This document shows positions 23,558 through 35,544 of a stretch of DNA of 64,000 nt, one piece after another (positions within the stretch are counted from its first letter, which is position 1; every line of letters begins with the position of its first letter). The stretch lies in the NCBI GenBank assembly GCA_002269645.1, contig NIVC01000085.1, positions 496,001 to 560,000 of the forward strand. The letters run 5' to 3'. A model generated the notes under the pieces. It ran no database searches, was not told the origin of the DNA, and worked only from the letters and a program-made list of their open reading frames with translations. Position numbers and translations under genes: made by a program. The DNA comes from Macrostomum lignano (Eukaryota).

Positions 23558-23699
23558 ATGATATCAACAACAATTGAGGAGGGTAGAAAAACGAAACGGT
23601 GTGTAACAAAGATTCTCCCTTATCATAGTTTCGGATATTTAAAACAGGTCCTTCGGACGAAGCAGTGATAAAACTTTATGTTGAAAGCCACAAAAAGAT

Positions 23700-24700
23700 C
23701 TTCAAGTCAGTCTAGTGTCAGATAGGAAAACTATAAATCTTTTTTTGGATTGCAGTAAGGTCTTTTTCGATTTTGTTTTCGTTGCATGTTGTCATAGCCA
23801 ATTTTGTAAAAGTGTTCTGGCTTTAGGCTTTCTAGACCGAGAAGTATTCTTTCTAATCTCAATCGAATTGGAACACGCAGCAGCGTAGTGTAGTATGTTA
23901 TTTCCATCTTCTTTCCCACACAACCTACACGTTTCCTGTACGAATTTTCTAGGTAAGAATTCACACTTTAACGTGGTTGTTAGGAACTTTTTGTTTCTAA
24001 GGACACTAGGGAAGTAAGTTTGCAACTCGGGTCTGCGAGTCCTTTTGTGTTTAAGGGCATGCTTGAAATATTTTGAACGACTTTGATCCTTCAATTTCAC
24101 CCCTAGAATTCTTTCTCCCAATTTAGTTCCAGCTCTCTTTTTAGGGTTGATTTATCTTCACTAAAATTTTGGCTATAGGGTTCATTGAGGTCAAGCATTC
24201 TAGGTTTATACTTTGCAATTTTTTATGACAGTTTTTAAGGGTCATTCGGCTGCTGCTTGACTCAGAAATTTCAATATAGTAGTATCGTTTGAGTTTTTTT
24301 GTGCCTCAACTTGAGCCAGTATATTAGGTAAATTTTAAAAGTATGGTATGAGATAGGTGGGATATTTGAGTTCTGCGAGAATCACAAGGACTCAATCACT
24401 TTGGTAGGTTGAGTAGGTGTTTGTAGAAATTCGTTTGGATTGAGTCCATATCTTTTAGCTCCGAAAGGGTAGCCAGAGGTCCCAGATTTCACAGCCATAA
24501 AAATAAAAAAGATACAACAGGTGTAACAAGGGAGTTAAAAAGCCGTTTGATGAGAATAATTTCCAAAGATGTGTTTTTGACTTAGTGTAGTAGTGAGAAC
24601 ATAGCTGAGCAGCCTTGTTTGGTTTCATAAGCAGTACATTTTTAAAAACTTTTTTCTGGTTCAAAGATAATTCCTAAGTACTTAAATTCATGTACTTCAA
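23700..24700 (-). pseudogene. Degenerate non-LTR retrotransposon (LINE) ORF2 3' fragment
   Basis: Broken frames contain FYGCEIW and LKDMDSIQTNFYKHLLNLP (post-RT region) and a terminal CRLCGKEDGNNILHYAAAC zinc-finger-like motif. Clade not determinable. Confidence 0.55.
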
Positions 24701-25404
24701 TTCTTCAATTTCTTGTTGAGCATAGGCTATCTGATCTGTGTTTAGCTGCCTATTTTCTTTTTTGCTTTTTTCTTTTTCCATGAGTACCTGTGACGAGGAC
24801 GCACTTTTTTCCAAATTCCACGCTGGCACATGGGTTCCGAACTTGTTAGCCTACTAACAGCAGGCTATAGGCATTTTTTTTCCTTTTTGTGTAGTTTTCT
24901 TAGAATTCATACTAGTAGGACCTTTTTAGCTATATGATTTTGCCATAATTGTAGTCATAATAACATAGGCACGTTTTTGGGGTCATAAATCATTGCTTTT
25001 GAGCTGGTCTGACAGCCACCTGCGCCTCACTCAGTGTTGAGGCTGGCGCCAGATGGTCCGAGAGGATGCGGGCGGTAGGTTTTTTCTCATCATTTTTGAC
25101 AGGCCATCAAGATTTATGAGGTCAGGGCCTATTGTTCGTGTTCACTCAAGCGTTTGACAGTTCTGACAGATGCGTTTACCCCTAAAAGTACTTTAGGATT
25201 AGCAATTAGCGATTTCTCTTCACGATCTTCACTTTCTACTTAGTAAGATCTTTCTAATGTATATTTTTTCACTGATTTTTGTAATTCCTACGCGAAAGAT
25301 CATAAATCATTATGTAGCGATTTTGAGTGATTTATGACAGCACCTGGCGTATTTTTTTATGGCCCCGAGGGAACTAATAGGTCGATCTTCTGGTCACGTG
25401 AGTT

Positions 25405-25520
25405 TGAGTGGCAACAAGCTCAGCCAATCACTAATTTGACGTCAGTTATAACGCTCAACCAATCAGCGTCGAGGTGTTCCGTTATAACAAATTGCGGTCC
25501 AGTTGGCGGCTATATAAATC
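25405..25520 (+). promoter_or_regulatory. Pol II promoter-like cluster inside duplicated segment X (probably TE-borne)
   Basis: Two CCAAT boxes (CAGCCAATCA, AACCAATCA), TGACGTCA (CRE) and TATATAAA at about 25511, with AATAAA at about 25985. In the copy at 32.6 kb the TATA is altered (TATATCAA). Confidence 0.35.
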
Positions 25521-27614
25521 GGCGTTTTAGGCCCGCTCGAGTCAAACCCGGCTGGAAGGTGGTGAAAACTGTTGCAACTTCGTTCTTGGACCCCAACTGC
25601 TTGAGCCCGACCGTCGACGTCTCTTGATCCCGGATCACGACTCCCCCCACCATCCTCAAGGACGAATCCCCCCGGTCGTCAGCAGCGATAATCAGGGTCA
25701 AGATCACCACCTGCTTGCTATCAGCGAAGATCAAGATAGCATCATCCCGGGCCTACAGCTGCGAAGCGCTAAGCCGATTCGGTCACTGTGGATTACCTGG
25801 TCTCCGACTGTTGAGTTTCTGATTGGTTGGGTGAGAGGCTACCTAAGCTTACTTGATTGGGTGAATCCCTATCTGTCCCCCATCCCAGTAGCTGGATTAG
25901 GCGCACACTTTTGCTTGAATAGTTGATTCGGGAGGTTATCAGTCTCCCGAAAACTCCCACTTCCAGACACTTAAGCCTGGGAGCAAAATAAAGTGTTCAC
26001 TTACTGTGGCGGGCTCCTCTTCTGTGTCGGCAGGTTCTCCGAGCTCGTTTCTTCAAATCTTCTTTGTGCGCACGTAAGTAGAGTTCGCTTCTTCCAATCT
26101 TCTCCTCCGGAGGAATCTTCTTGAAGTCTTCGAAGTCCAAAATCGGCCGAGAGTGAGAGCAGAACAGTGAAGTCGACGTCGCAATATTTCCTCGAGTGCC
26201 AAATCAGTATCAACAGTGCGCCCTAATAAAATCAACTTCTAACACGAGGCCCTCCAAAAGGGGCGTCTTCTTCTAGAACTAACGGAATCGGAGTCGTGTG
26301 CTCCTATCGGTTAATCTAGGATAATCCAAATCAACAGTCAGTAATCCTCTAAGGGTATCGGAATCGGTCCGCAGATCCTATCCAATCCCTTAGGAAAATG
26401 GGAGGCCTCGAATAGTCTCAGTAAAATCAACTGATCAACAATGGCCGGCAATAAAATCGCTCTCAATTTATCAAATAACGAAGACTTGAACAACTCTTCT
26501 CAATTGATAATCTTATCTCCCAGAGATATAGCCTCGATTAGTTGCTCTGACTAACCACAAGATCTTTTGAGGCTGCTCCGAGTCTGAGGTTTCAGCTCGG
26601 ATTTTGCGTTTATATTTATAGTCGAATTTTTGGTATATTCTTAGTAGCGCGATTAATATTTAATCATATTTCATCAGATTTCATCTTATTTCATCATATT
26701 TCAATAATGTAAATTGTCTCGATGCTTCATCATACTTTGTATTCATGGTCTTAAAATAGAGTATGACAATTTTGCAATTTTATAGCATTCAAGTTTTTCG
26801 CATTTTTATGTTACTACTTATAGTAGTTTACTTTGTATGGTTTCTGGAGATCTCTACATGCTCATTTTGTTGAGTACTGGTCGAAAGGACTTTAATTCAA
26901 TTTCCTTCGTACAAAAACAATCGACTACTTTGTGACAGACGACAGAGCAACTTGATTGCTTTTGTTTATTGCATTGCGCGCTCGTGCCAAACTTTGACTG
27001 CGCGCTTTTGCAACACAGAGCCAGAAGTGCGCGCTTATGCCAATGCTGAGCACTTTCTACCGCGCTCTTGTGCACGTTAAAACGTGCGCGCTTATGCCTC
27101 TGCACGCCTGTGCCAGACTTTGACATAAAATACACAGGCGCGCTTGTGCCGGTGCGCGCTTATGATGGCGACCCGTCTACTCTCTTCTTGCTTCCTTCGC
27201 CTCTGTTTTCTTCCAAGCTCGTATTTTTCTTCTCTATTCCTTATGCTATCTCCCTCCTCTGCCCCGCAGTCGAAAGGGACTCCTTCAAGAAAGAGTCATT
27301 GCGCTGGGTTCTCAATCTTGCTCTTTAGGTAAAAAATTTGCCGACCCGTGCACTAAAAGCACTAGGCTTAGGCACATTAGATAAAACTATAGTGGAATGT
27401 GATTGAGAAAAACATGAACTACGAGGTATTTTGTCAGCTTGTACCCTTAGCTTCCAAGAATCCGAAAAGCCAAAGCCCAGAACCGGCCGACACTTGTTTA
27501 AAGCTCAAAAGGGCACTTGCAGGATCATACTAAAAAGTGAGGGGGGCTCCAGCCCCCATGCCCCCCGGGTCCGACACCCCTGTCTCTGATATAGCTCGTA
27601 TTATGTATGATTTT

Positions 27615-27970
27615 TATTAGAGGCAGGGGGTTGTGTGCACCCTGGCGCAATTTAAGCGTCATTGGCACACAACCGGCGAGAGGCATTACTGCCCATTCCG
27701 CCGACTCCCCTGAGCAGGCATACAAGCGCGCGGATACGTTACGCAGGCACACACTCACATAGGAGTGTACAGCGGCCCTAACTTTATATTAATTGTTAGG
27801 CATGTACACTTCACTGCGCCTTGGGGGGTTGGCTCTCAAGGCCGTTAATTGCACGAGCGAGCCAAGCCGAAATTCCAATTCAGCCCCAAATTAATGTGAC
27901 TGCACTTGGAATCGAGCCTGGGTCGCTGGCACACCAGAGCAGCCGCGCTACCGCTGGGCTACGGCCCCCC
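27615..27970 (-). mobile_element. tRNA-derived SINE with a 13-bp TSD (TATGTATGATTTT)
   Basis: Head GGGGGCCGTAGCCCAGCGG (A box)...GGCTCGATTCC (B-box-like); A-rich tail AATAAAAA; TSD at 27602-27614 and 27971-27983. Confidence 0.8.
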
Positions 27971-27990
27971 TATGTATGATTTTACACTTG

Positions 27991-30899
27991 AGCAGCGCTC
28001 AAGTGCAACAGGAGATGGTGGGATTTTTCGCATCCGTCAATACCACACCTGCGACCTCGTCGATAATTTTGACCTGTGTGACCATGTCCCAGACAGCGGA
28101 AACACGCTTTTGCTTCCTGAGCAGCCTTCCATCGATTCTCAGACGACAGCTTTTTTGAACGCTGGACACTTCCATAGAGCGTGTGTCTCCTTGCAGACAA
28201 CACAAGAATAGCTCTCCCTACGCGAGCTCGTGCTCTGATGTCCTACGCTCGTACATGAAAGGTCTTCTGCTTCCCTTCCGTCTTTGGGTGCTCCTGGCTG
28301 GAGGTGGCCACACCGTGCACAATCTCTGCTGCCTGAGTTCGAAACTCGGCTTCGCGCAACACCCACTCACGGAGTGTTCTCACGTCTTCTGACTTCTCCT
28401 TCTCTAACACCCAACGGCGAAATGCTGCGACCATCGGCTCCGGAAGTTTCTTTTGCAACCTAGCATAAAGCAGTCCATCACTAAGTTCTGTATTTTTGCC
28501 TGCTTCTTCCAAATTAATTACGGCCACATCAAGGATGTTTGCGAACTTCTTAAGCTCCTCTGCACTATTCTGCTTCACAGGTGGAAAACTGTCCAGTTCC
28601 TCTAAGTAAAGAGCCAACTGTCGCCTCTTGCCGCCATACTCGCGCTCCAGCCTCTCTTTCGCCGCCTCATAAGCCGCAGTCGAATGTCCAAGGTGCTCGA
28701 TCACTTTCAATGCCGCTCCTTTCAAATACTGGCTTAGCTGAAGAAGCTTGAATTCTGGAGTTGCTGGTGCCCTATTGATGCAAGCCATGAATGCAGCCTT
28801 CCATGCTTCATACTGCGGCTTGTCGCCATAGAAAGTCGGAATCTCCACCCTGCGCAGCATCTTCCATAAATCCTTGGACAACTCATGAACCGATGAATTA
28901 CCGATTTCGTCTTCCTCCTCCGCTTCCATCTCGGCGCCCGCATGCTGATTGGAAGAAGGCAAAAAACCAAAATCACCACCATAGTGTAGTGAGTCGCTAG
29001 TTTAGTTAGGCGCCGCACTAGTCAGCTGTGCCCTCACCCTCGCCCCAGGTTTCTGTCTGCCGCTGGGCAGTTGCCTGTCCCTCCCGCCTGTCCTCTGGCC
29101 TGTCCCTTGCCCGTTTGCCTGTCCGTCTGTTTGTCCTCGTTTGCCCCTTTTGTTTCGTTTTCCCTTTTTGCAGTGCCCAGACAGCTTGGTCTGGCCTGCC
29201 TCTGTTTCGTTCTCTGTCAGGCATCTCCAAATTTGGAGTGCCTTTCTGTTTTCCGGTCCCACGGTCACGAGTGCCTTCACTTGTGGGCCTTTTCCCCTTG
29301 TCATGTGAGTCAGTCACATGACAAGGCCTTCTTCCTTCTTTAGTCCAAAGTGCAATGATTTCATCATTGTACGCTGGGCTCGTGTTTATGGGGAGATCAC
29401 GTGCGCCCGGACCCCCCTTGCCTCCTCTGAGGCAGGGCCCGCTTGTTGTTGCTAAAAATAGCAACAGAGTCACTTATGACTCTCAGCGGGGGCCTTTCGT
29501 GCTATGGTTCAATCGATCCTCCCTATAAATGCGGCCCCTCTCATGGCTTGGCTCAGACAAGCGTTTCTAGCGTTTCGGCCGTTTCCTCCGTTCCCGAGCT
29601 CCAAACCGGTTCTCCTCGTCTAGCAAACACTCTAAGTTTGTGTGCCAAGTTTGCGCTTAAATTGAACTCCAAACTCCCGACTTTGCGCGTGACTGCCTCT
29701 GATTGTTCCTGCTATCAATTAGCAGGCCAGCTCGGATCGCCCGAAGCTAGCACTTTCGCTCTCACCCCGCACTAGCCCGGCAGGGACTGCTGACGGTGGG
29801 CACCTCTGCGCGAGAACTGCTAAATCTGCACGAAGTGCGAGTCTCTTTCTCTCGTCTTAGTTGTTTGCTTCTACGAGCTCAGCGCCTCACCGAAGGCTGC
29901 GGCTCTGCAAAGCTGGTGGCAGCACTACCGACGCTACGAGAACTACTTTCTAAGAAACCGCCAACGGGAGGTCACCGACCAGGAGCCAGAAGATCTGCTA
30001 GGACACCTCTAGACGCTATCGAGGAAATAACAACACTTCATTGGTGGCAGCGCTCCTATAGAAGGCCTCTAGACAACAGGCAAGACACCTATACTTCAAT
30101 AGTCTCTGTACGAAGTCTGCTGCCGCTGGCCTTGCATGGACTCCGCGTTGAATTCGAATCACCGCTCTCGACTGGCCTGCACCGCTGCCGCCGCTGCTGA
30201 AGTCTTCAACGTCGCTGCCGTTGCCTCCTCTTGTGCCGCCGCTACTGCAGGTGCTGTTGTCGTTGCTCTGTAGTCCTTGAGGTACCGATGAACCTCTTGC
30301 ATGGTCGTCCAGTAGTCGTCCTCAATGACGTCAATTTCGTCGAGCAGCCGAGAATACTGAGCTGCGCCGCTTTTCTGCCGTTTCAACTCATCGCACAGCT
30401 CGTACAGCGTCTCGGTTGTACCTTCGAATATCTCGGTGACGACTTCTCATTGTCGTTGAATCGCGCTCTTGTCGAATCCGTCTTGTAGCAGCCAGGCTAG
30501 CTTATTTCTGTTTTTGGTCAGCACAGACTTAAACTTTGACTTTTCTCGTCGCAACGACTGCAACTTGATATCGTCTGGATGTTCAACAGATTCAACCTGT
30601 GTTTCCTCATTCTTCTATAGTTGGCTAGCGTGAAAAAAAACTATCGATGACAACCACGCTCTGCTACCAAATGTTTTAGAGCTATAAAAACTAAAATCAG
30701 GCCTATGAATTATAATGCGATGAAAAGTAATAGGCTATAACGCGCAAAAAAGGAGGGTGCCCCAGTGGGCTGCGAAGAAGCTACCAGGGTATGCTTTATA
30801 TTTTGCTTGACCTTTGATTTCTAGATGTACACACGCGATGTACAAGTCCGTGAGTGGTGTGATTAGCGGGGAAGGAAAAAACTGACTTATGCAATAACA
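27991..30899 (-). mobile_element. BEL/Pao retrotransposon copy 2 (gag and knuckles only; LTR 30672-30899; tRNA-iMet-type PBS 30654-30669), interrupted by a solo LTR
   Basis: Colinear with 14651-16442. PBS TGGTAGCAGAGCGTGG is intact here. The non-LTR flank is shared with copy 1 out to 31103 (16647 in copy 1). Confidence 0.88.
28985..30098. mobile_element. Solo LTR (1114 bp) nested in the BEL gag
   Basis: Begins TGTAG and ends CTTCA; 4-bp TSD ATAG (28981-28984, 30099-30102); absent at the equivalent site of copy 1 (CATAG|TCTCTG at about 15635); TATAAA at 29524. Confidence 0.85.
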
Positions 30900-31103
30900 A
30901 TGCAGGGTGGGTGCGCGCAGAGACTAAACTGACAAGCGTGCAACCTTACTTTTCAAACCAGCTAGTGTGCTCCAAAAAAGGTCAAATGACCACCCCACGG
31001 CCGTGGCCTTCTCCCTGGGGCTGCCCACGCACTTAAACCCCGGGTACTCTTTGCCAGAACAGTCTCTTATTATCTTTGAAGTGGCAGGAGGGCTAATCGC
31101 CGG

Positions 31104-31360
31104 AATTGATAGAACGAGATTTAAACAACGAAAGAAAATACAAATGGTTCTAAAGAGTCGAGTAGAAAATATGTGCACTATTTAGTTATTGTATTATTTG
31201 GGTAATATTGTTGCAAGGAAAAAAAGAAAATAAGTCATTAATTAAACAATTTTGCATCAGAGGCTCACTTGACGCACAGAAAAGCGGGGAAGAAAGACAA
31301 AATAGCCTCACAAAGAACGAAGAAATGCAAACAGATAGCATACAGGAAAGGAGAGCAAGC
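31104..31360. repeat. Segment C' (diverged copy of 23293-23557)
   Basis: Direct sequence similarity by eye. Confidence 0.85.
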
Positions 31361-31370
31361 GGGTCCACCC

Positions 31371-32141
31371 CAACTGCCAGCCGGAAAACTGCCAGCCGAT
31401 CGACAACTGCCAGCCGACAACTGCCAGCCGGAAAACTGCTAGCCGACAATAGCCAGCCGAGAAAACTGCCAGCCGACAACTGCCAGTCGACAACTGCCAG
31501 CCGGAAAACTGCCAGCCGAGAAAACTGCCAGCCGGAAAACTGCCAGCCGACAAGTTCATTTCTAGCTAATTGAATCTACTGTAGCCTACTTATTAGCTAA
31601 GTAAAAACCACGAAACTGTTTAGCAAAAGGCTTGTGGGGTAGCCTTAAATGTCGCTCTTCCCTTCCCTAATTTTTTCAGATTTCCATTAGAAGTATATAT
31701 GTGAAGAAGAAGGCATTCTGTAATGCCTATTGTAAATATTTCCTAATTGAAGTTCATTTACTTTATTATTTCATTTGCGACTGCGATTGCTATATGACGC
31801 AATCCTAGATAAGTCTATTAAATTACTTTACTTAAACAAAGCTTTCAAAGAAAGAGCAAAGGCTACCTAAAATACGAAATTTGAATGGCTTCACCTTCAC
31901 ATATATACTTCTAATGGAAATCTGAAAAAATTAGGGAAGGTAAGGGCGACATTTAATGCTACCCCACAAGCCTTTTGCTAGCCAAACAGTTTCGTGCTTC
32001 TTACTTAGCTACTAAGTAGGCTACAGTAGATTCAATTAGCTAGAACTTGTCGGCTGGTAGTTTTCTTGGCTGGCAATTGTCGGCTGGCAATTGTCGGCTG
32101 GCATTTTTCCGGCTGGCAGTTGTCGGCTGGCAGTTTTCCGG
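31371..32141. mobile_element. Foldback-like element: long inverted arms with outer tandem subrepeats (AACTGCCAGCCGGAA/GAC)
   Basis: 31371-31712 is inverted relative to about 31890-32141 around a roughly 180-bp spacer; the right arm is cut by the start of segment X'. Confidence 0.8.
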
Positions 32142-35115
32142 CTGACAGCCACCTACGCCTCACTCAGTGTTGAGGCTGGCGCCAGATGGTCCGAGAGGAT
32201 GCGGGCGGTACCTTTTTTCTCATCATTTTTGACAGACCATCAGATTTATGAGGTCAGGGCCTATTGTTCGTGTTCACTCAAGCGTTTGACAGTTCTGACA
32301 GATGCGTTTTACCCCTAAAAGTACTTTAGGATTAGCAATTAGCGATTTCTCTTCTCCATCTTCACTTTCTACTTAATAAGAACTTTCTAATGTATATTTT
32401 TTCACTGATTTTTGTAATTCCTACGCGAAAAATCATAAATCATTATGTAGCGATTTTGAGTGATTTATGACAGCACCTGGCGTATTTTTTATGGCCCCGA
32501 GGAAACTGATAGGATATTCTGGTCACGTGAGTTTGAGTGGCAACAAGCTCAGCCAATCACTAATTTGACGTCAGTTATAACGCTCAGCCAATCAGCGTCG
32601 AGGTGTTCCGATATAACAAATTGCGGTCCAGTTGGCGGCTATATCAATCGGCGTTTTAGGCCCGCTCGAGTCAAACCCGGCTGGAAGGCGGTGGAAACTG
32701 TTGCAACTTCGGTCTTGGACCCCAACTGCTTGAGCCCGACCGTCGACGTCTCTTGATCCCGGATCACGACTCCCCCCATCATCATCAAGGACGAATCCCC
32801 CCGGTCGTCAGCAGCGATAATCAGGGTCAAGATCACCACCTGCTTGCTATCAGCGAAGATCAAGATAGCATCATCCCGGGCCTACAGCTGCGAAGCACTA
32901 AGCCGATTCGGTCACTGTGGATTACCTGGTCTCCGACTGTTGAGTTTCTGATTGGTTGGGTGAGAGGCTACCTAAGCTTACTTGATTGGGTTAATCCTTA
33001 TCTGTCTCCCATCCCAGTAGCTGGATTAGGCGCACACTTTTGCTTGAATAGTTGATTCGGGAGGTGATCAGTCTCCCGAAAACTCCCACTTCCAAACACT
33101 TAAGCCTGGGAGCAAAATAAAGTGTTCACTTACTGTGGCGGGCTCCTCTTCTGTGTCGGCAGGTTCTCCGAGCTCGTTTCTTTAAATCTTCTTTGTGCGC
33201 ACGTAAGTAGAGCTCGCTTCTTCAATCTTCTTCTCCGGAGGAATCTTCTTGAAGTCTTCGAAGTCCAAAATCGGCCGAGAGTGAGAGCAGAACTGTAAAG
33301 TCGACGTCGCAATATTTCCTCGAGTGCCAAATCAGTATCCACAGTGCGCCCTAATAAAATCAACTTCTAACACGAGGTCCTCCAAAAGGGGCGTCTTCTT
33401 CTAGAACTAACGGAATCGGAGTCGTGTGCTCCTATCGGTTAATCTAGGATAATCCAAATCAACAGTCAGTAATCCTCTAAGGGTATCGGAATCGGTCCGC
33501 AGATCCTATCCAATCCCTTAGGAAAATGGGAGGCCTCGAATAGTCTCAGTAAAATCAACTGATCAACAATGGCCGGCAATATAATCGCTCTCAATTTATC
33601 AAATAACGAAGACTTGAACAACTCTTCTCAATTGATAATCTTATCTCCCAGAGATATAGCCTCAATTAGTTGCTCTGACTAACCACAAGATCTTTTGAGG
33701 CTGCTCCGAGTCTGAGGTTTCAGCTCGGATTTTGCGTTTATATTTATAGTCGAATTTTTGGTATATTCTTAGTAGCGCGATTAATATTTAATCATATTTC
33801 ATCAGATTTCATCTTATTTCATCATATTTCAATAATGTAAATTGTCTCGATGCTTCATCATACTTTGTATTCATGGTCTTAAAATAGAGTATGACAATTT
33901 TGCAATTTTATAGCATTCAAGTTTTTCGCATTTTTATGTTACTACTTATAGTAGTTTACTTTGTATGGTTTCTGGAGATCTCTACATGCTCATTTTGTTG
34001 AGTACTGGTCGAAAGGACTTTAATTCAATTTCCTTCGTACAAAAACAATCGACTACTTTGTGACAGACGACAGAGCAACTTGATTGCTTTTGTTTATTGC
34101 ATTGCGCGCTCGTGCCAAACTTTGACTGCGCGCTTTTGCAACACAGAGCCAGAAGTGCGCGCTTATGCCAATGCTGAGCACTTTCTACCGCGCTCTTGTG
34201 CACGTTAAAACGTGCGCGCTTATGCCTCTGCACGCCTGTGCCAGACTTTGACATAAAATACACAGGCGCGCTTGTGCCGGTGCGCGCTTATGATGGCGAC
34301 CCGTCTACTCTCTTCTTGCTTCCTTCGCCTCTGTTTTCTTCCAAGCTCGTATTTTTCTTCTCTATTCCTTATGCTATCTCCCTCCTCTGCCCCGCAGTCG
34401 AAAGGGACTCCTTCAAGAAAGAGTCATTGCGCTGGGTTCTCAATCTTGCTCTTTAGGTAAAAAATTTGCCGACCCGTGCACTAAAAGCACTAGGCTTAGG
34501 CACATTAGATAAAACTATAGTGGAATGTGATTGAGAAAAACATGAACTACGAGGTATTTTGTCAGCTTGTACCCTTAGCTTCCAAGAATCCGAAAAGCCA
34601 AAGCCCAGAACCGGCCGACACTTGTTTAAAGCTCAAAAGGGCACTTGCAGGATCATACTAAAAAGTGAGGGGGGCTCCAGCCCCCATGCCCCCCGGGTCC
34701 GACACCCCTGTCTCTGATATAGCTCGTATTATGTATGATTTTTTTTAGAGGCAGGGGGTTGTGTGCACCCTGGCGCAATTTAAGCGTCATTGGCACACAA
34801 CCGGCGAGAGGCATTACTGCCCATTCCGCCGACTCCCCTGAGCAGGCATACAAGCGCGCGGATACGTTACGCAGGCACACACTCACATAGGAGTGTACAG
34901 CGGCCCTAACTTTATATTAATTGTTAGGCATGTACACTTCACTGCGCCTTGGGGGGTTGGCTCTCAAGGCCGTTAATTGCACGAGCGAGCCAAGCCGAAA
35001 TTCCAATTCAGCCCCAAATTAATGTGACTGCACTTGGAATCGAGCCTGGGTCGCTGGCACACCAGAGCAGCCGCGCTACCGCTGGGCTACGGCCCCCCTA
35101 TGTATGATTTTACAC
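32142..35115. repeat. Segmental duplication copy X' (partner 25009-27987)
   Basis: Nearly identical to X, with scattered substitutions and small indels. Confidence 0.95.
34743..35098 (-). mobile_element. tRNA-derived SINE (copy carried inside X') with the same 13-bp TSD
   Basis: Matches 27615-27970, including flanks. Confidence 0.8.
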
Positions 35116-35544
35116 GCTCTCTGATATTTCCTGACTAAAAAGATTTTCAACAATTTTAATTTTTTAAACTTGTACCCCAAAAGCTTCCACCCTATTCTGA
35201 ATGTCTATCCAGCCAATGCGGGAACAATTCCTATTGTTTGAACAAAATAAAGAAACAATTTAAAAATGATACTTTCGCTGCGAATACTATATAAAATACA
35301 GCAGAGTAGTATGCTGTGCATGCTGGTAAATTAACTCGTAAAAGAATAGTAATCTTCACTGCCCCAGATCAAACGCAATAATTGATTTTGTGATAAAAAA
35401 AGAAGTTTTTTCCTATCTGCAAAGGATTATTTCCCTGGAAATTGGCCTCCAAAAAATAACACTATCTTTGAGTTTTACGTCTCGTTATAATGAGTGGTCT
35501 TCTACTCATTAAATATTGTGAATATGTATTCAATGTTTACGTTC

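Larger units (their letters stand above)
25009..27987. repeat. About 2.98-kb segmental duplication, copy X (partner 32142-35115)
   Basis: Nearly identical sequence from CTGACAGCCACC to TATGATTTTACAC; the same small ORFs recur at an offset of about 7.13 kb. Confidence 0.95.

Noticed and set aside
13926-27350. hAT left end at 13926 and right end at 27350 bracketing 13.4 kb as a gene-capturing macro-transposon
   Set aside because: The 8-bp flanks (TACAATAG versus CACTAAAA) do not match; independent partial MITE copies are simpler.
27900-27970. tRNA gene (also 35030-35098 and 6850-6920)
   Set aside because: A/B boxes are present, but there is no full cloverleaf; the heads continue into a repeated body with an A tail (and a TSD at 27.6 and 34.7 kb), so they are SINEs.
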